This document shows positions 16,844 to 25,548 of a stretch of DNA of 27,791 nt, in pieces. A model generated the notes under the pieces. That model saw only the letters and a program-made list of their open reading frames with translations, was not told where the DNA came from and made no database searches. The stretch is from a virus (lineage: Duplodnaviria > Caudoviricetes): the IMG/VR virus record IMGVR_UViG_3300032225_001008, positions 1 to 27,791 of that record. One strand, 5' to 3'. Position numbers and translations under genes: made by a program. Position 1 is the first letter of the stretch. Each line of letters opens with the position of its first letter.

Positions 16844-18483
16844 TCACATGGCGACGAGAGTCACGCAGAACAGGCCCGGGCGTTTACGGTTCAGAAACAG
16901 CGTGCCGGTTCATCAAAGACCTGGCATCCGGAACCGATTCGCTCGATCTCGTTATCATCGGAGATAGCAACACGGGTTCCGCCTTGAGCGGAATGTGGGG
17001 ATATCACGGCGGATTCAGCCAAGCGATGTTTGAACTTGGATGGAATTGCTACGGCCTTCCGATCTATCCCGCGATGACCATGTGGTCGCCATCGTCGTAT
17101 GCACTCGGTGGATGGAACGCAAGCGCGTTCCTGTACGCGCCCACGGGAAACCTTGCTAGCGGAAATGTGAGCGGGTCTGCCACCGCATACAACACTTGGA
17201 CACCGGGCAAGTCTGCGACGGTCACCATATCGAATGCAAGTCCCGGAGTGATTACCTACACCGCGCACGCACTCCCGGTCGGTTCACCAATCTTTCTCTC
17301 TACAACTGGTGCGCTTCCAACAGGATTGTCAGCAGGCACAACTTACTATGTGAAAACCATATTGACTGCTGACACATTCACAGTTGCGTCTACGCCAAGC
17401 GGATCGGCAATCAACACCAGCAGCGCAGGAAGTGGAACGCACACCTTGCGGACATGTCCGTGGGTGCGATACGGCAGCACAACCGCTACACCTCCAGCAC
17501 AAGACGATTGGGCCTACATTGCGAGCGGTTCATACGGCCAGCAATACAACGCGGTCGAAATGAGCGTTGATCATCCGCTGAACAACACGGCACTGACGCT
17601 GTGGCATCGCGTTCGATTCGGCACTTTTACCGCGTCTGGCGGTTCGTTTCAGGCGCGAGCGCGTGCCTACGATGGAAGTCCAGTTTACGCAAGCGGATCG
17701 GTTCAAAGCACGCAGGGTGCCGCATCGTCTTTCAGTACCTACGAGTATTCGTTTAGCGTCAGCGCACCAATCGAATACATGCACGCATCGTGGAGCGGCG
17801 GCGCGGGCGGCGCGGTTGGCCCCTGTGCAATTCATTCGCACACCATCTACTGCAAGCGAAAGGGCTGGTCTGTGACCAGCCACGGATATCTCGCGGGCTA
17901 TGACAGCGCAACAATCAACAAGGTGGCGACACAAATTGGTTCGACCTTGTTGCAAACGCATCTACAAGAATTGCGCGAACGGCAGATAGCCGCTGGTGGC
18001 ACGGGTCGAGTCCTGTTGGTCAGTCACAGCGGAATCAATGGAAACGAGACTGCGACCGATTGGACAGATTGTCATACCGCAATCTGGAACACATACAAGG
18101 CAGCGTGGTCAGCACTCGGCTACCCAGCAAGCGATCTCGCAATCGTTGCTTTTGTTGGCGTTCCAGCAAACTCGGCAGATACCAGCAACAGCGGTTCGAC
18201 CGGAAATCTCATCGCTGTTCGTGCTGCTGCAAATGCGTTGGCAAATACTCAACCAGATATGACTGTGATCGATGTCAAATCATTGATGCCATATAGCCGA
18301 GCGATCGTGGGTGTCGGAAATGGTCGCTCGTACTACCAGCGCACGAACAACCTGCCAAACGCAGGTTCTGACATTACGGTGCATCTGTCCGGCGGAATTT
18401 ATACGGGTTCGACCCGGGACACATCTGATGGGTACACCGTTTTGGCGCATCAAATCATTCAAACTTTGATGAACAGCGCATGA
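16837..18483 (+). CDS. SGNH/GDSL-hydrolase-like virion-associated protein with beta-rich insert (548 aa)
   Basis: LVIIGDSNT (block I), SGING (block III-like), DITVHLS (block V-like). Ser/Thr/Gly-rich insert. Lower GC. Confidence 0.6.
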   Translation: MLITWRRESRRTGPGVYGSETACRFIKDLASGTDSLDLVIIGDSNTGSALSGMWGYHGGFSQAMFELGWNCYGLPIYPAMTMWSPSSYALGGWNASAFLYAPTGNLASGNVSGSATAYNTWTPGKSATVTISNASPGVITYTAHALPVGSPIFLSTTGALPTGLSAGTTYYVKTILTADTFTVASTPSGSAINTSSAGSGTHTLRTCPWVRYGSTTATPPAQDDWAYIASGSYGQQYNAVEMSVDHPLNNTALTLWHRVRFGTFTASGGSFQARARAYDGSPVYASGSVQSTQGAASSFSTYEYSFSVSAPIEYMHASWSGGAGGAVGPCAIHSHTIYCKRKGWSVTSHGYLAGYDSATINKVATQIGSTLLQTHLQELRERQIAAGGTGRVLLVSHSGINGNETATDWTDCHTAIWNTYKAAWSALGYPASDLAIVAFVGVPANSADTSNSGSTGNLIAVRAAANALANTQPDMTVIDVKSLMPYSRAIVGVGNGRSYYQRTNNLPNAGSDITVHLSGGIYTGSTRDTSDGYTVLAHQIIQTLMNSA

Positions 18484-19064
18484 AAACCAACCTGACCGAC
18501 GCAGGCGCAGTTACCGCGGCCGTGAGCACTAGCGACCTGAAGACGCACGCACGTGTCTATCACGCGCAGGACGACGCATACATCGCCACGCTGGTGCTCA
18601 CGGCCACGCAGTGCATCGAGAACGAGACCCGGCGTGCCCTGATCACCCGGGCGTTCTCCTACCAGCTGGAGGAGTTCCCCGCGTCCGGGCAGATCATCCT
18701 GCCCCGCTCGCCCTGGCTGAGCGTCTCCAGCATCACCTACAGCGACACCGCCGGCGCGACGCAGACGCTGGCGAGCAGCGAGTACCACGCCTACTCGGTG
18801 GACAATATCGGCCGCGTCGTGCTGAAGAGCACCTCCTCCTGGCCGGCCACGCTGGGCACTGGCGCGCTCGACGTGACGGTGAACTTCACCGCGGGCTATG
18901 GCGCAGCCAGCGCCAACATCCCCGCCGCCCTTCGCCACGCCGTGCTGCTGCAGGCTGCGCACCTGTACGACAACCGCACCGCCGTCGGCCCGACGCAGCT
19001 CTACGAGATCCCGCGCACCGTTGAGCGCCTGATCGTGCAGTACCACTCGGGGGACTACCAGTGA
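18480..19064 (+). CDS. Head-tail connector (gp6/phiE125 gp8-like)
   Basis: LKTHARV...DDAYI..L..TA...E..T.RAL, FTAGYG, IPAALRHAVLLQAAHLYDNR. Confidence 0.9.
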   Translation: MKTNLTDAGAVTAAVSTSDLKTHARVYHAQDDAYIATLVLTATQCIENETRRALITRAFSYQLEEFPASGQIILPRSPWLSVSSITYSDTAGATQTLASSEYHAYSVDNIGRVVLKSTSSWPATLGTGALDVTVNFTAGYGAASANIPAALRHAVLLQAAHLYDNRTAVGPTQLYEIPRTVERLIVQYHSGDYQ

Positions 19065-19411
19065 ACCCGGGCTACATGCGCACCCCGCTCGAGCTGCTCG
19101 GCGCGTCCACCAGCACCGACGAGTACGGTCAGCCCGTGCGCACCGTGAACGCCTCCGGCAGCGGCACGATGCTCTTTGCCGCGATCAATGAAGCGAGCGC
19201 AGACGAGAAGACGCAGCATCGCCAGCTGAACCAGGTAGTGACGCACCGCATCCGCATGCGCTGGCACCCCACCGTCAGCCACCGCAGCCAACTCCGCACC
19301 GTCAGCGACGAGCAGGGCATGGTGTCGCGCACATGGGAGGTCGTGACGGTCGTGGACTGGCAAGAACGCCGGCAGTACCTCGACCTCATGTGCCGGGAGA
19401 TCGTGACGTAA
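19061..19411 (+). CDS. Head closure/head-tail adaptor (SPP1 gp16-like)
   Basis: MNPGYMR, DEYGQ, THRIRMR, LDLMCRE. Synteny. Confidence 0.85.
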   Translation: MNPGYMRTPLELLGASTSTDEYGQPVRTVNASGSGTMLFAAINEASADEKTQHRQLNQVVTHRIRMRWHPTVSHRSQLRTVSDEQGMVSRTWEVVTVVDWQERRQYLDLMCREIVT

Positions 19412-19944
19412 TGGGCTACTCGAACGTGCACAAGGCAGTCGCGGTGCAAGGCGTCGAGCAGGTCAACAAGGCCATGCGCGAACTTGGCACCACTGTGCTC
19501 AAGCAGCTCACCGAGGAGATAATGACCGAGGCAATGGAGCCCGTGCGCATGGGCCTGCTCTCCGAGTTCTCCGCACGCGGCGGCAAGCACGACAGCCAGA
19601 AGCCCTCAAAGACCGGGCGCTGGAATCGCTGGATGTTCAAGACTTACAAGACAGGCTCCGCGCCCGGCTTCTCGCGTGCGCAGGTGAAGCGCGCTTTCAC
19701 CATCAAGGGCTTCGGCTTTCACTTCTGGACCGACAAGCGCGGCAACTTCCGTTCCCGAACAAAGGCGTGGGCGCCAGGCATCTGGATCATCGACGCCGGC
19801 CGCTACTCGGGCCTCGCCACCTACCCGGGCTGGCGCGTCATCCTCAACCTGTACAAGCGCCTCACGGGCGGAATCAATGCGCACATGGCGACCGAACTGC
19901 CGCGGCGCATCCTGCTTGAAGCAGCGAAGCGAGGTCTGTCGTGA
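19411..19944 (+). CDS. HK97 gp10-like neck/tail protein
   Basis: VQGVEQVNKAMREL N-terminus, basic composition, synteny. Confidence 0.6.
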   Translation: MGYSNVHKAVAVQGVEQVNKAMRELGTTVLKQLTEEIMTEAMEPVRMGLLSEFSARGGKHDSQKPSKTGRWNRWMFKTYKTGSAPGFSRAQVKRAFTIKGFGFHFWTDKRGNFRSRTKAWAPGIWIIDAGRYSGLATYPGWRVILNLYKRLTGGINAHMATELPRRILLEAAKRGLS

Positions 19945-20399
19945 GCAGCCAGGCGATCGTCGCAGCCGTCCGCGATGCCCTGACGCAATCGACCAGCGTG
20001 ACGGCGCTGGTTTCCACGCGCATCTTCACCGCGTTCCGCGACACCACCACGCTCCCCGCCATCGTGCTCACCACCGGGCAGGATGCGAACGTGTCGCCGA
20101 CCTTCGGCCGCACCGACTGCCTGCGCAAGTTCACCGTCGAGGTGGACTGCATCGCATCCACGCTGAAGGTGTCGCGGCAGATCGCCGAGGCCGTGCGAAT
20201 CAAGATGCACGGCGCAGCCGGCACGAGCCGCAGCGTGCAGATCTTTGAGATCCGCGAGACCGGGATCACCAGCCAGTACGACGTGGGCAGCGAGGCCACC
20301 GAGACCGGCATCCACGTCACGACTGTCACGCTGGAAGCGACGTACCGCTCCAGCTCTGTTTCACCCACGACCATCACCGAAGCCGGTGGTGGCGCTTGA
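19941..20399 (+). CDS. Tail terminator (DUF3168/gp17-like)
   Basis: AL......VTALVSTRIF, LPAIV, VEVDC, IAEAVR. Synteny. Confidence 0.8.
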   Translation: MSSQAIVAAVRDALTQSTSVTALVSTRIFTAFRDTTTLPAIVLTTGQDANVSPTFGRTDCLRKFTVEVDCIASTLKVSRQIAEAVRIKMHGAAGTSRSVQIFEIRETGITSQYDVGSEATETGIHVTTVTLEATYRSSSVSPTTITEAGGGA

Positions 20400-20416
20400 T
20401 CTAGGAGGATCAACCC

Positions 20417-20830
20417 ATGGCAATCACCGCAGCTGTGCCCACATTCGGCACCACCATCACCTTCAACAGCGTCGCAGTCGCCGAAGTTCTCAGCCTGAAC
20501 ATCGACGGCCTCAAGCTGAACACCATCGACGTGACCACGCTGGCCGATCGGCATCGCAAGTTCGTCGCGGGCCTGATCGACAGCGGAACGATTTCGATGG
20601 AAGTGAACATCCTCAGCGCGCACAGCGCCCTGTGGGATCAGCTCGACGACACCGCAGCATCAACCGCCCCGAGCGCCAAGGCATTCTCCCTTTCGTTCGG
20701 CAGCAGCACCAACGTGCACACCGCCTCCGGCAACTGCTTTGTGACCGACTACTCAGTCAAGGGCGGCCTGGACTCGGCGCTCACCGCGTCGTTCACCATG
20801 AAGATCACCGGCGCCGTGACCCTGGCCTAA
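20417..20830 (+). CDS. Major tail (tube) protein
   Basis: IDVTTL, KFVAGLIDSGTISME, ASFTMKITG. AGGAGG RBS. Confidence 0.85.
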   Translation: MAITAAVPTFGTTITFNSVAVAEVLSLNIDGLKLNTIDVTTLADRHRKFVAGLIDSGTISMEVNILSAHSALWDQLDDTAASTAPSAKAFSLSFGSSTNVHTASGNCFVTDYSVKGGLDSALTASFTMKITGAVTLA

Positions 20831-20832
20831 CC

Positions 20833-21189
20833 ATGAGCGAGATCAAGGACAAGCTGCTGGGCCTGAAGTCGAAGGTGCCATCTGAAACCGTGTCCATCCC
20901 CGGCGTCGGTGAGGTCGAAGTGCGTGGCCTCACCGCCGCCAAGCGGGACAGGTGGGAGATGGAGACCTTCAGCAACAAGGGCAACACCGTCCGCAACATC
21001 CGAGCCAGCCTGGTGTCGTTGTGTCTGTACCACGACGGCGCCCCGCTGCTCGGACCCGCTGACGTTGACGCCCTCGGAGAACTTCCCGCCGGCCTCGTCG
21101 ATCACCTGTATGACATCGCGAGCCGCGTCAGCGGCTTGGGCGTCAAGGATCGCGAAGTGCTGGAGGGAAACTCCGACAGCGTCAGCTGA
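20833..21189 (+). CDS. Tail assembly chaperone (gpG-like)
   Basis: ATG 20833 after the tube gene, VEVRGLTA..RD. Slippery heptamer near the end. Confidence 0.8.
   Translation: MSEIKDKLLGLKSKVPSETVSIPGVGEVEVRGLTAAKRDRWEMETFSNKGNTVRNIRASLVSLCLYHDGAPLLGPADVDALGELPAGLVDHLYDIASRVSGLGVKDREVLEGNSDSVS
21165..21171 (+). promoter_or_regulatory. Programmed -1 frameshift site G GGA AAC
   Basis: X XXY YYZ heptamer in the correct phase. The -1 frame (GKLRQRQLRQFMFRL...) is open into 21198..21500. Confidence 0.85.
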
Positions 21190-21197
21190 GACAGTTC

Positions 21198-21500
21198 ATG
21201 TTTCGGCTGGCGCTGGCGTTGGGCAGGACGGTGGCAGAACTAGAGGAGACCATGAGCAGCCACGAACTGAGTGAGTGGATGGCCTTCGAGGCGATCGACG
21301 GACCGATCGGAAACCAGCGCGCCGACATGCGCGCCGGGATCATCGCCGCCACGATCGCGAACTGCCACCGCACCGCGAAGTCGAAGCCGTTCAGCCATCT
21401 TGACTTCATGCCATACGCAGAGAAGCCCAAGACCTCGCAGGAACAGATGGCCGAGATGCTGGCGAAGGCGTTCGGCGTGAAGCCGAAGTGGAAGGAGTAA
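21198..21500 (+). CDS. Tail assembly chaperone gpT-like part (expressed as gpGT fusion)
   Basis: LALALGRTVAEL...MSSHELSEWMAF, RADMRAGIIAA, DFMP. Confidence 0.8.
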   Translation: MFRLALALGRTVAELEETMSSHELSEWMAFEAIDGPIGNQRADMRAGIIAATIANCHRTAKSKPFSHLDFMPYAEKPKTSQEQMAEMLAKAFGVKPKWKE

Positions 21501-21503
21501 GCC

Positions 21504-23150
21504 GTGGCAAGTTCGAGCATCAAGATCGCGCTGGAGATGACGGGCGTGCAGGCTTACGCCAACGCGACCGAGCGGGCAGCGCAGGCGAACGAGAAGCTGG
21601 CCGAGCGGTCGAAGAAGTCGATCGCCGGGATCATGTCCTCTACCCAGCGCATGGTGGATATGGCGACGAAGTCGAAGGAGCAGATGACGCTGGAGAAGCT
21701 CTCGGCCAGCGGAGCGTCGCCCGAGCAGATCTCGGAGGTCAAGGCCCGGTTCGCCCAGGTCGAGCAGGTGCGGACAGCCGAGAAGGCGGCCGCAGCGGCG
21801 AAGGCGGCCGAGGAGCAGCGCGCGAAGGAGCAGGCGATGGCGCAGGCTGCGGCGGCACGGGAGGCGGCCGAGGCTCGGCGCGCCGCCGAGGTGGCTGCAG
21901 CTCAGAAGGCGAAGCAGACGCAGCTGAAGATCCACAAGGAACTGATGTCCGAAAAGGCGGCCGCCGATCAGAAGTACCAGCGCACGCAGCAGTACGCGGA
22001 GAGCACAAAGAGCGGGCCTATGTTCGGCAAGACCCTCGGCCCGCTGCTGAAGGGCTTTGTTGGGTTCAAGGCTGTCGATCTCGGGCTGGGGGCGCTGTCT
22101 GAAGGACTGGCGCAGCTTGCGTCCGGCGGCAAGATCGACGCGATGCAGATGTACGCCACGACCGTCACGGACTTCGTGAAGGGTCTGCCAGGCGGCGACA
22201 AGATCTACAGCATCGCCCAATCGGTGCACAAGCTGTTCGGCGGCGGGCCAAGTGCCGAAGAGATTCAGAAGCAGACCGATGCGATGGTGGCCGCGAGCAA
22301 CAAGCGCATCAGCGCCGTGGCTGCATTCGACGCCATTCAAGAGGGCGTGAGCGGAAAGCGCGCGCGCGTGGGCAAGTCTGACGACGAGATCGCACGCATG
22401 GATCGCGAGGAAATGCTCGCCAACGAGCGGAAGAAACTGATCGCCGGCGGATTGAACGACACGCAGGCCGACTCAAAGGTGGCCGGGCTTCGTCGTGCGA
22501 TGCTGGAACTGCAGGACGCCGAGAGGTCTGCAGCCAACGCCCAGCAGGCCCGCCAACTCGACCCCGCCCTGTTCACCTCGATGCTGGAGGAGCAGCAGCA
22601 GGCTGCCGATCAACTGATCGGGACCGAGCGCGAGCTGTACTTCTCAAAGGTCAACCGGCTGGTGGTCGAGCGCAAGATCACCGAAGATCAGGAGAACCAA
22701 CTCCGCGCGGCATTTGACCGCACGCAGGCAGCGCGCGCAGAAGCCGATGCAAAGAAGGCGGCCGAGTCGAAGGCCAAGCAGCAAGCCACAGACGCGCAGC
22801 AGTTCATGGATCAGCTGCAGCAGTCATACGACCAGCAGATGCTTGGCGAGGATCAACTCTTTCAGAAGAAACTGAAGGGGCTGGCGCTGTCTGCTGCTCA
22901 GGTTGAGCAAGCGAACAGGCTGCACGAGGCGATGAGTCGGCAGACCAAGGAAGCCGAAGCCCGCAGCGCCGTGGAGCGCATGAACGGTTTCAGCAACGTT
23001 GAAAGCGTGAACACGGCCATCGGCGGCGTGAAGGTGGCGGGCATGACCTCCTTCAGCCTGGAGCGCATGATGCCGACGCAGGATGCCATCAAGCTTGCCG
23101 TGCAGCAGATCGCAAAGAACACCGCCCCCCTCGCAGCAGGAGCACCCTGA
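21504..23150 (+). CDS. Tape measure protein (short, 548 aa)
   Basis: Ala/Gln/Glu/Lys-rich helical protein directly after the G/GT chaperones. Confidence 0.8.
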   Translation: MASSSIKIALEMTGVQAYANATERAAQANEKLAERSKKSIAGIMSSTQRMVDMATKSKEQMTLEKLSASGASPEQISEVKARFAQVEQVRTAEKAAAAAKAAEEQRAKEQAMAQAAAAREAAEARRAAEVAAAQKAKQTQLKIHKELMSEKAAADQKYQRTQQYAESTKSGPMFGKTLGPLLKGFVGFKAVDLGLGALSEGLAQLASGGKIDAMQMYATTVTDFVKGLPGGDKIYSIAQSVHKLFGGGPSAEEIQKQTDAMVAASNKRISAVAAFDAIQEGVSGKRARVGKSDDEIARMDREEMLANERKKLIAGGLNDTQADSKVAGLRRAMLELQDAERSAANAQQARQLDPALFTSMLEEQQQAADQLIGTERELYFSKVNRLVVERKITEDQENQLRAAFDRTQAARAEADAKKAAESKAKQQATDAQQFMDQLQQSYDQQMLGEDQLFQKKLKGLALSAAQVEQANRLHEAMSRQTKEAEARSAVERMNGFSNVESVNTAIGGVKVAGMTSFSLERMMPTQDAIKLAVQQIAKNTAPLAAGAP

Positions 23151-24082
23151 TGGCTATCACAATTGCCCAAAAGCCCAACGGCACCAACATCAGTTTCGAC
23201 CGCGGCAAGTGGCAGGCTTCCAGCGCATACGTCATCCGAGACGACGCCGGCGCGCAGCTGAACGCCGGGCAGATCATGTCGGACACGAACGTGAACGCGA
23301 AGCTTGGCCCGTCCGACATGGGCGGCAGCAGCGGCGCGCTCGATGAACTGGACGGCGCTGGCGTTTCCGGCAGCGCCATTTACTTCTCCGGCCGCCTGCG
23401 CCAGGTTGGGTTCGACCTGAAGCAGGTCGATGATGGCGGCTACGTCTGGGAGGCGGTCGTGCAGTTCGACTCTAGCGTGGGCGACAGCACTGGCACGATC
23501 ACGCCAGTCGATGCGCGCAACGAGGGGCAGCCGTCCTTCATCGCGATCGAGTACAGCGTGCAGGGCGAGCCGGTGGATATCTGGCGCTCCGGCGCGACGG
23601 CTCCTGCAAACAAGTCGACGCCGGCCGACACCGACATCGGCGGCACAAAGGTGGACAGCGGCGGCGAACCGATCAGCAGCTTCAACAACGTCGCGCGCGT
23701 GACCGTGCGAAACGTGATCGTCGGCCGACCAACTCCACCGCTCAGCTTCATCAACAGGCGCAACAGCAATTCGTACTCGATCGGGCCGTACTCGTTCCCG
23801 GCCGACACCCTGCTCTTCACGGGCTGCAACATCAGCCGCGTCGGAAGCAGCACCTACGAGATCGTGTACTCGTTCGCCTACGACGAGAAGTTTCACCTGC
23901 GACAGATCGCGAAGAAGAGCGCAGAGAACGGCGAGGTGGTCAAGTCTGCAAAGGCCGACACTTGCGGCGGCACCCCGACCGCCCCGCCGAGCGGACAGAC
24001 TTCGCACGCATCCTGCGTCTTCTGGCGCCAGCCGTTCCCAGACACCACCACATTTCCGCCAACCGGGATGTTCACGTCGTGA
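23150..24082 (+). CDS. Putative tail tip/hub protein (310 aa)
   Basis: Follows TMP, beta-rich. No family recognised. Confidence 0.6.
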   Translation: MAITIAQKPNGTNISFDRGKWQASSAYVIRDDAGAQLNAGQIMSDTNVNAKLGPSDMGGSSGALDELDGAGVSGSAIYFSGRLRQVGFDLKQVDDGGYVWEAVVQFDSSVGDSTGTITPVDARNEGQPSFIAIEYSVQGEPVDIWRSGATAPANKSTPADTDIGGTKVDSGGEPISSFNNVARVTVRNVIVGRPTPPLSFINRRNSNSYSIGPYSFPADTLLFTGCNISRVGSSTYEIVYSFAYDEKFHLRQIAKKSAENGEVVKSAKADTCGGTPTAPPSGQTSHASCVFWRQPFPDTTTFPPTGMFTS

Positions 24083-24609
24083 GAGTCAACGGCGCATGGC
24101 ACCTGAAGGTCGGCCCCTGGTCTCCAAACCAGATCCGTGCCATTGCCGACGCGGTGAACAAGGTCAACGACGCCGCGCCACAGCCGAACAGCGGCGCATC
24201 GTCCGGGCCGACCGTCTTTCTCGCGCGCATCACTGGCTCCACCCCCGTCTCTGGCAAGACGGCCGTATACGGCGGAAACTCGTCGGCGCGTCCCGTTGCA
24301 TGGACCTACGACTGGGAAGAGGTCAGCGTCAACACAAGCGACGCCTACGAGACGACGAAGAGCTACCGCCGCACCAGCACGCTCGCAGGCACGAAGGGCA
24401 AGGCGTTCAACGGCTGCGAGGGCGTGCAGATGATCGGTGCCACCACCACGCTCGGGCCCGGCATCAGCACGAGCAACATCCCGAACGGCTTTACCTTTAA
24501 GGAGATCGCCACCAACACAGTGGTGCTCATGTACGCGCTCTCGCGCGACAACGGCGAGCCGCTGTTCTTCTTCTCCGTCCCGAACGCCGTGACAGGAACA
24601 TGCTCGTGA
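24079..24609 (+). CDS. Putative tail protein (176 aa)
   Basis: GTGA overlap with the previous stop, beta-rich, tail-module position. Confidence 0.6.
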   Translation: MRVNGAWHLKVGPWSPNQIRAIADAVNKVNDAAPQPNSGASSGPTVFLARITGSTPVSGKTAVYGGNSSARPVAWTYDWEEVSVNTSDAYETTKSYRRTSTLAGTKGKAFNGCEGVQMIGATTTLGPGISTSNIPNGFTFKEIATNTVVLMYALSRDNGEPLFFFSVPNAVTGTCS

Positions 24610-24893
24610 GCCCCACCCCTATCGGCCCGAGGCACCAGACCCACCCGCAACTGGCGACCGCTATAAGCGTCATGCAGCTCTTCGTCCTTGTGATCGGCGT
24701 CGCCGGCGTGTTCATCACGATCGGCCGCAAGGACGCGATCCTCGACAGGCAGGACCGCGACCTGACCGAGCTGCGCAGCATCGTGGGCGACCTGGTGAAG
24801 TCGCAGGTGCTGGGCGCCGCGAACGACCAGAAGCACGGAGAGGCGCTGCAGCAGGTCGCGAACCGCCTAGACCGTCTGGAGGGGCGTCGGTGA
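24606..24893 (+). CDS. Single-TM + coiled-coil membrane protein (holin-like)
   Basis: TM AISVMQLFVLVIGVAGVFITI followed by a coiled coil. Confidence 0.55.
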   Translation: MSPTPIGPRHQTHPQLATAISVMQLFVLVIGVAGVFITIGRKDAILDRQDRDLTELRSIVGDLVKSQVLGAANDQKHGEALQQVANRLDRLEGRR

Positions 24894-25408
24894 TCCGGTC
24901 GCTGCTGTTCCTGCTCCTCGTCGCTCTGGCTGCCTGCAGCCCCAGCCGGCAGATCGCGGTGTCCGCAACCGACGCGCAGGAGCGGGCAGGCACCATCGCC
25001 CGGCTCGCCACCCACATCGGCAGCGTCTCGACACAGCCCGACGTGGTGGCCGAGGCTGCGACGATTGTGCTGGAGGCCCAGAAGATCGAGCACGCCGCTG
25101 CGTCGATCCACGAGGCGTTGCCCGGCGTCGAAGATCAGACCCCGTGGTGGGCCAGCCTGCTTGGCTGGGGCTTCGCTGCGGTGATCGTGGTGGCCGTGGT
25201 GGTGCTGCTGTGGCAGACGGGCATCGGGCAGGCGTTGCGGGCCGCCGTGGGGCTGATCCCGCGCGCCAAGCGCACCGAGGCCGCGCTGGCCGCCGCCACC
25301 CTCAACCCGGCCCACACTGAGAACGTAAGAGAGTGGATCAGCGCCAAGCGCGCCGCCGACCCGCTCTTTGATGTCGCATTCCGCGCGCAGCAGGAGAAGC
25401 GCACATGA
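24890..25408 (+). CDS. Lipoprotein with downstream TM helix (unimolecular-spanin-like topology)
   Basis: Signal peptide MIRSLLFLLLVALAA-C (lipobox LAAC), helical linker, TM LLGWGFAAVIVVAVVVLLW. Confidence 0.6.
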   Translation: MIRSLLFLLLVALAACSPSRQIAVSATDAQERAGTIARLATHIGSVSTQPDVVAEAATIVLEAQKIEHAAASIHEALPGVEDQTPWWASLLGWGFAAVIVVAVVVLLWQTGIGQALRAAVGLIPRAKRTEAALAAATLNPAHTENVREWISAKRAADPLFDVAFRAQQEKRT

Positions 25409-25545
25409 TCATCCTCGCCAGTATCGAGAGCCTCGTCGGTTCGACCTGGGCCGCGATTGCAATGCTCGCGATCGGTTACATCGCCGGCCAGCTCGTGAGC
25501 GTGACCCGGATCGCCTCGTGGATTCCGGGCAACAAGAAGGACTGA
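25405..25545 (+). CDS. 46-aa membrane peptide (not in ORF track)
   Basis: MIILASIESLVGSTWAAIAMLAIGYIAGQLVSVTRIASWIPGNKKD. AGGAG RBS, ATGA overlap. Confidence 0.7.
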   Translation: MIILASIESLVGSTWAAIAMLAIGYIAGQLVSVTRIASWIPGNKKD

Positions 25546-25548
25546 CCT

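Noticed and set aside
20245-20832. 314-aa ORF 20245..21189 as one long protein
   Set aside because: The upstream part overlaps the terminator and tube genes in another frame and is Arg/Pro-rich junk. The real start is ATG 20833.
21770-21930. Repetitive GCGGCG/GAG sequence as a tandem repeat or array
   Set aside because: It reflects Ala/Glu/Lys-rich helical coding in the tape measure protein. There is no fixed repeat unit.
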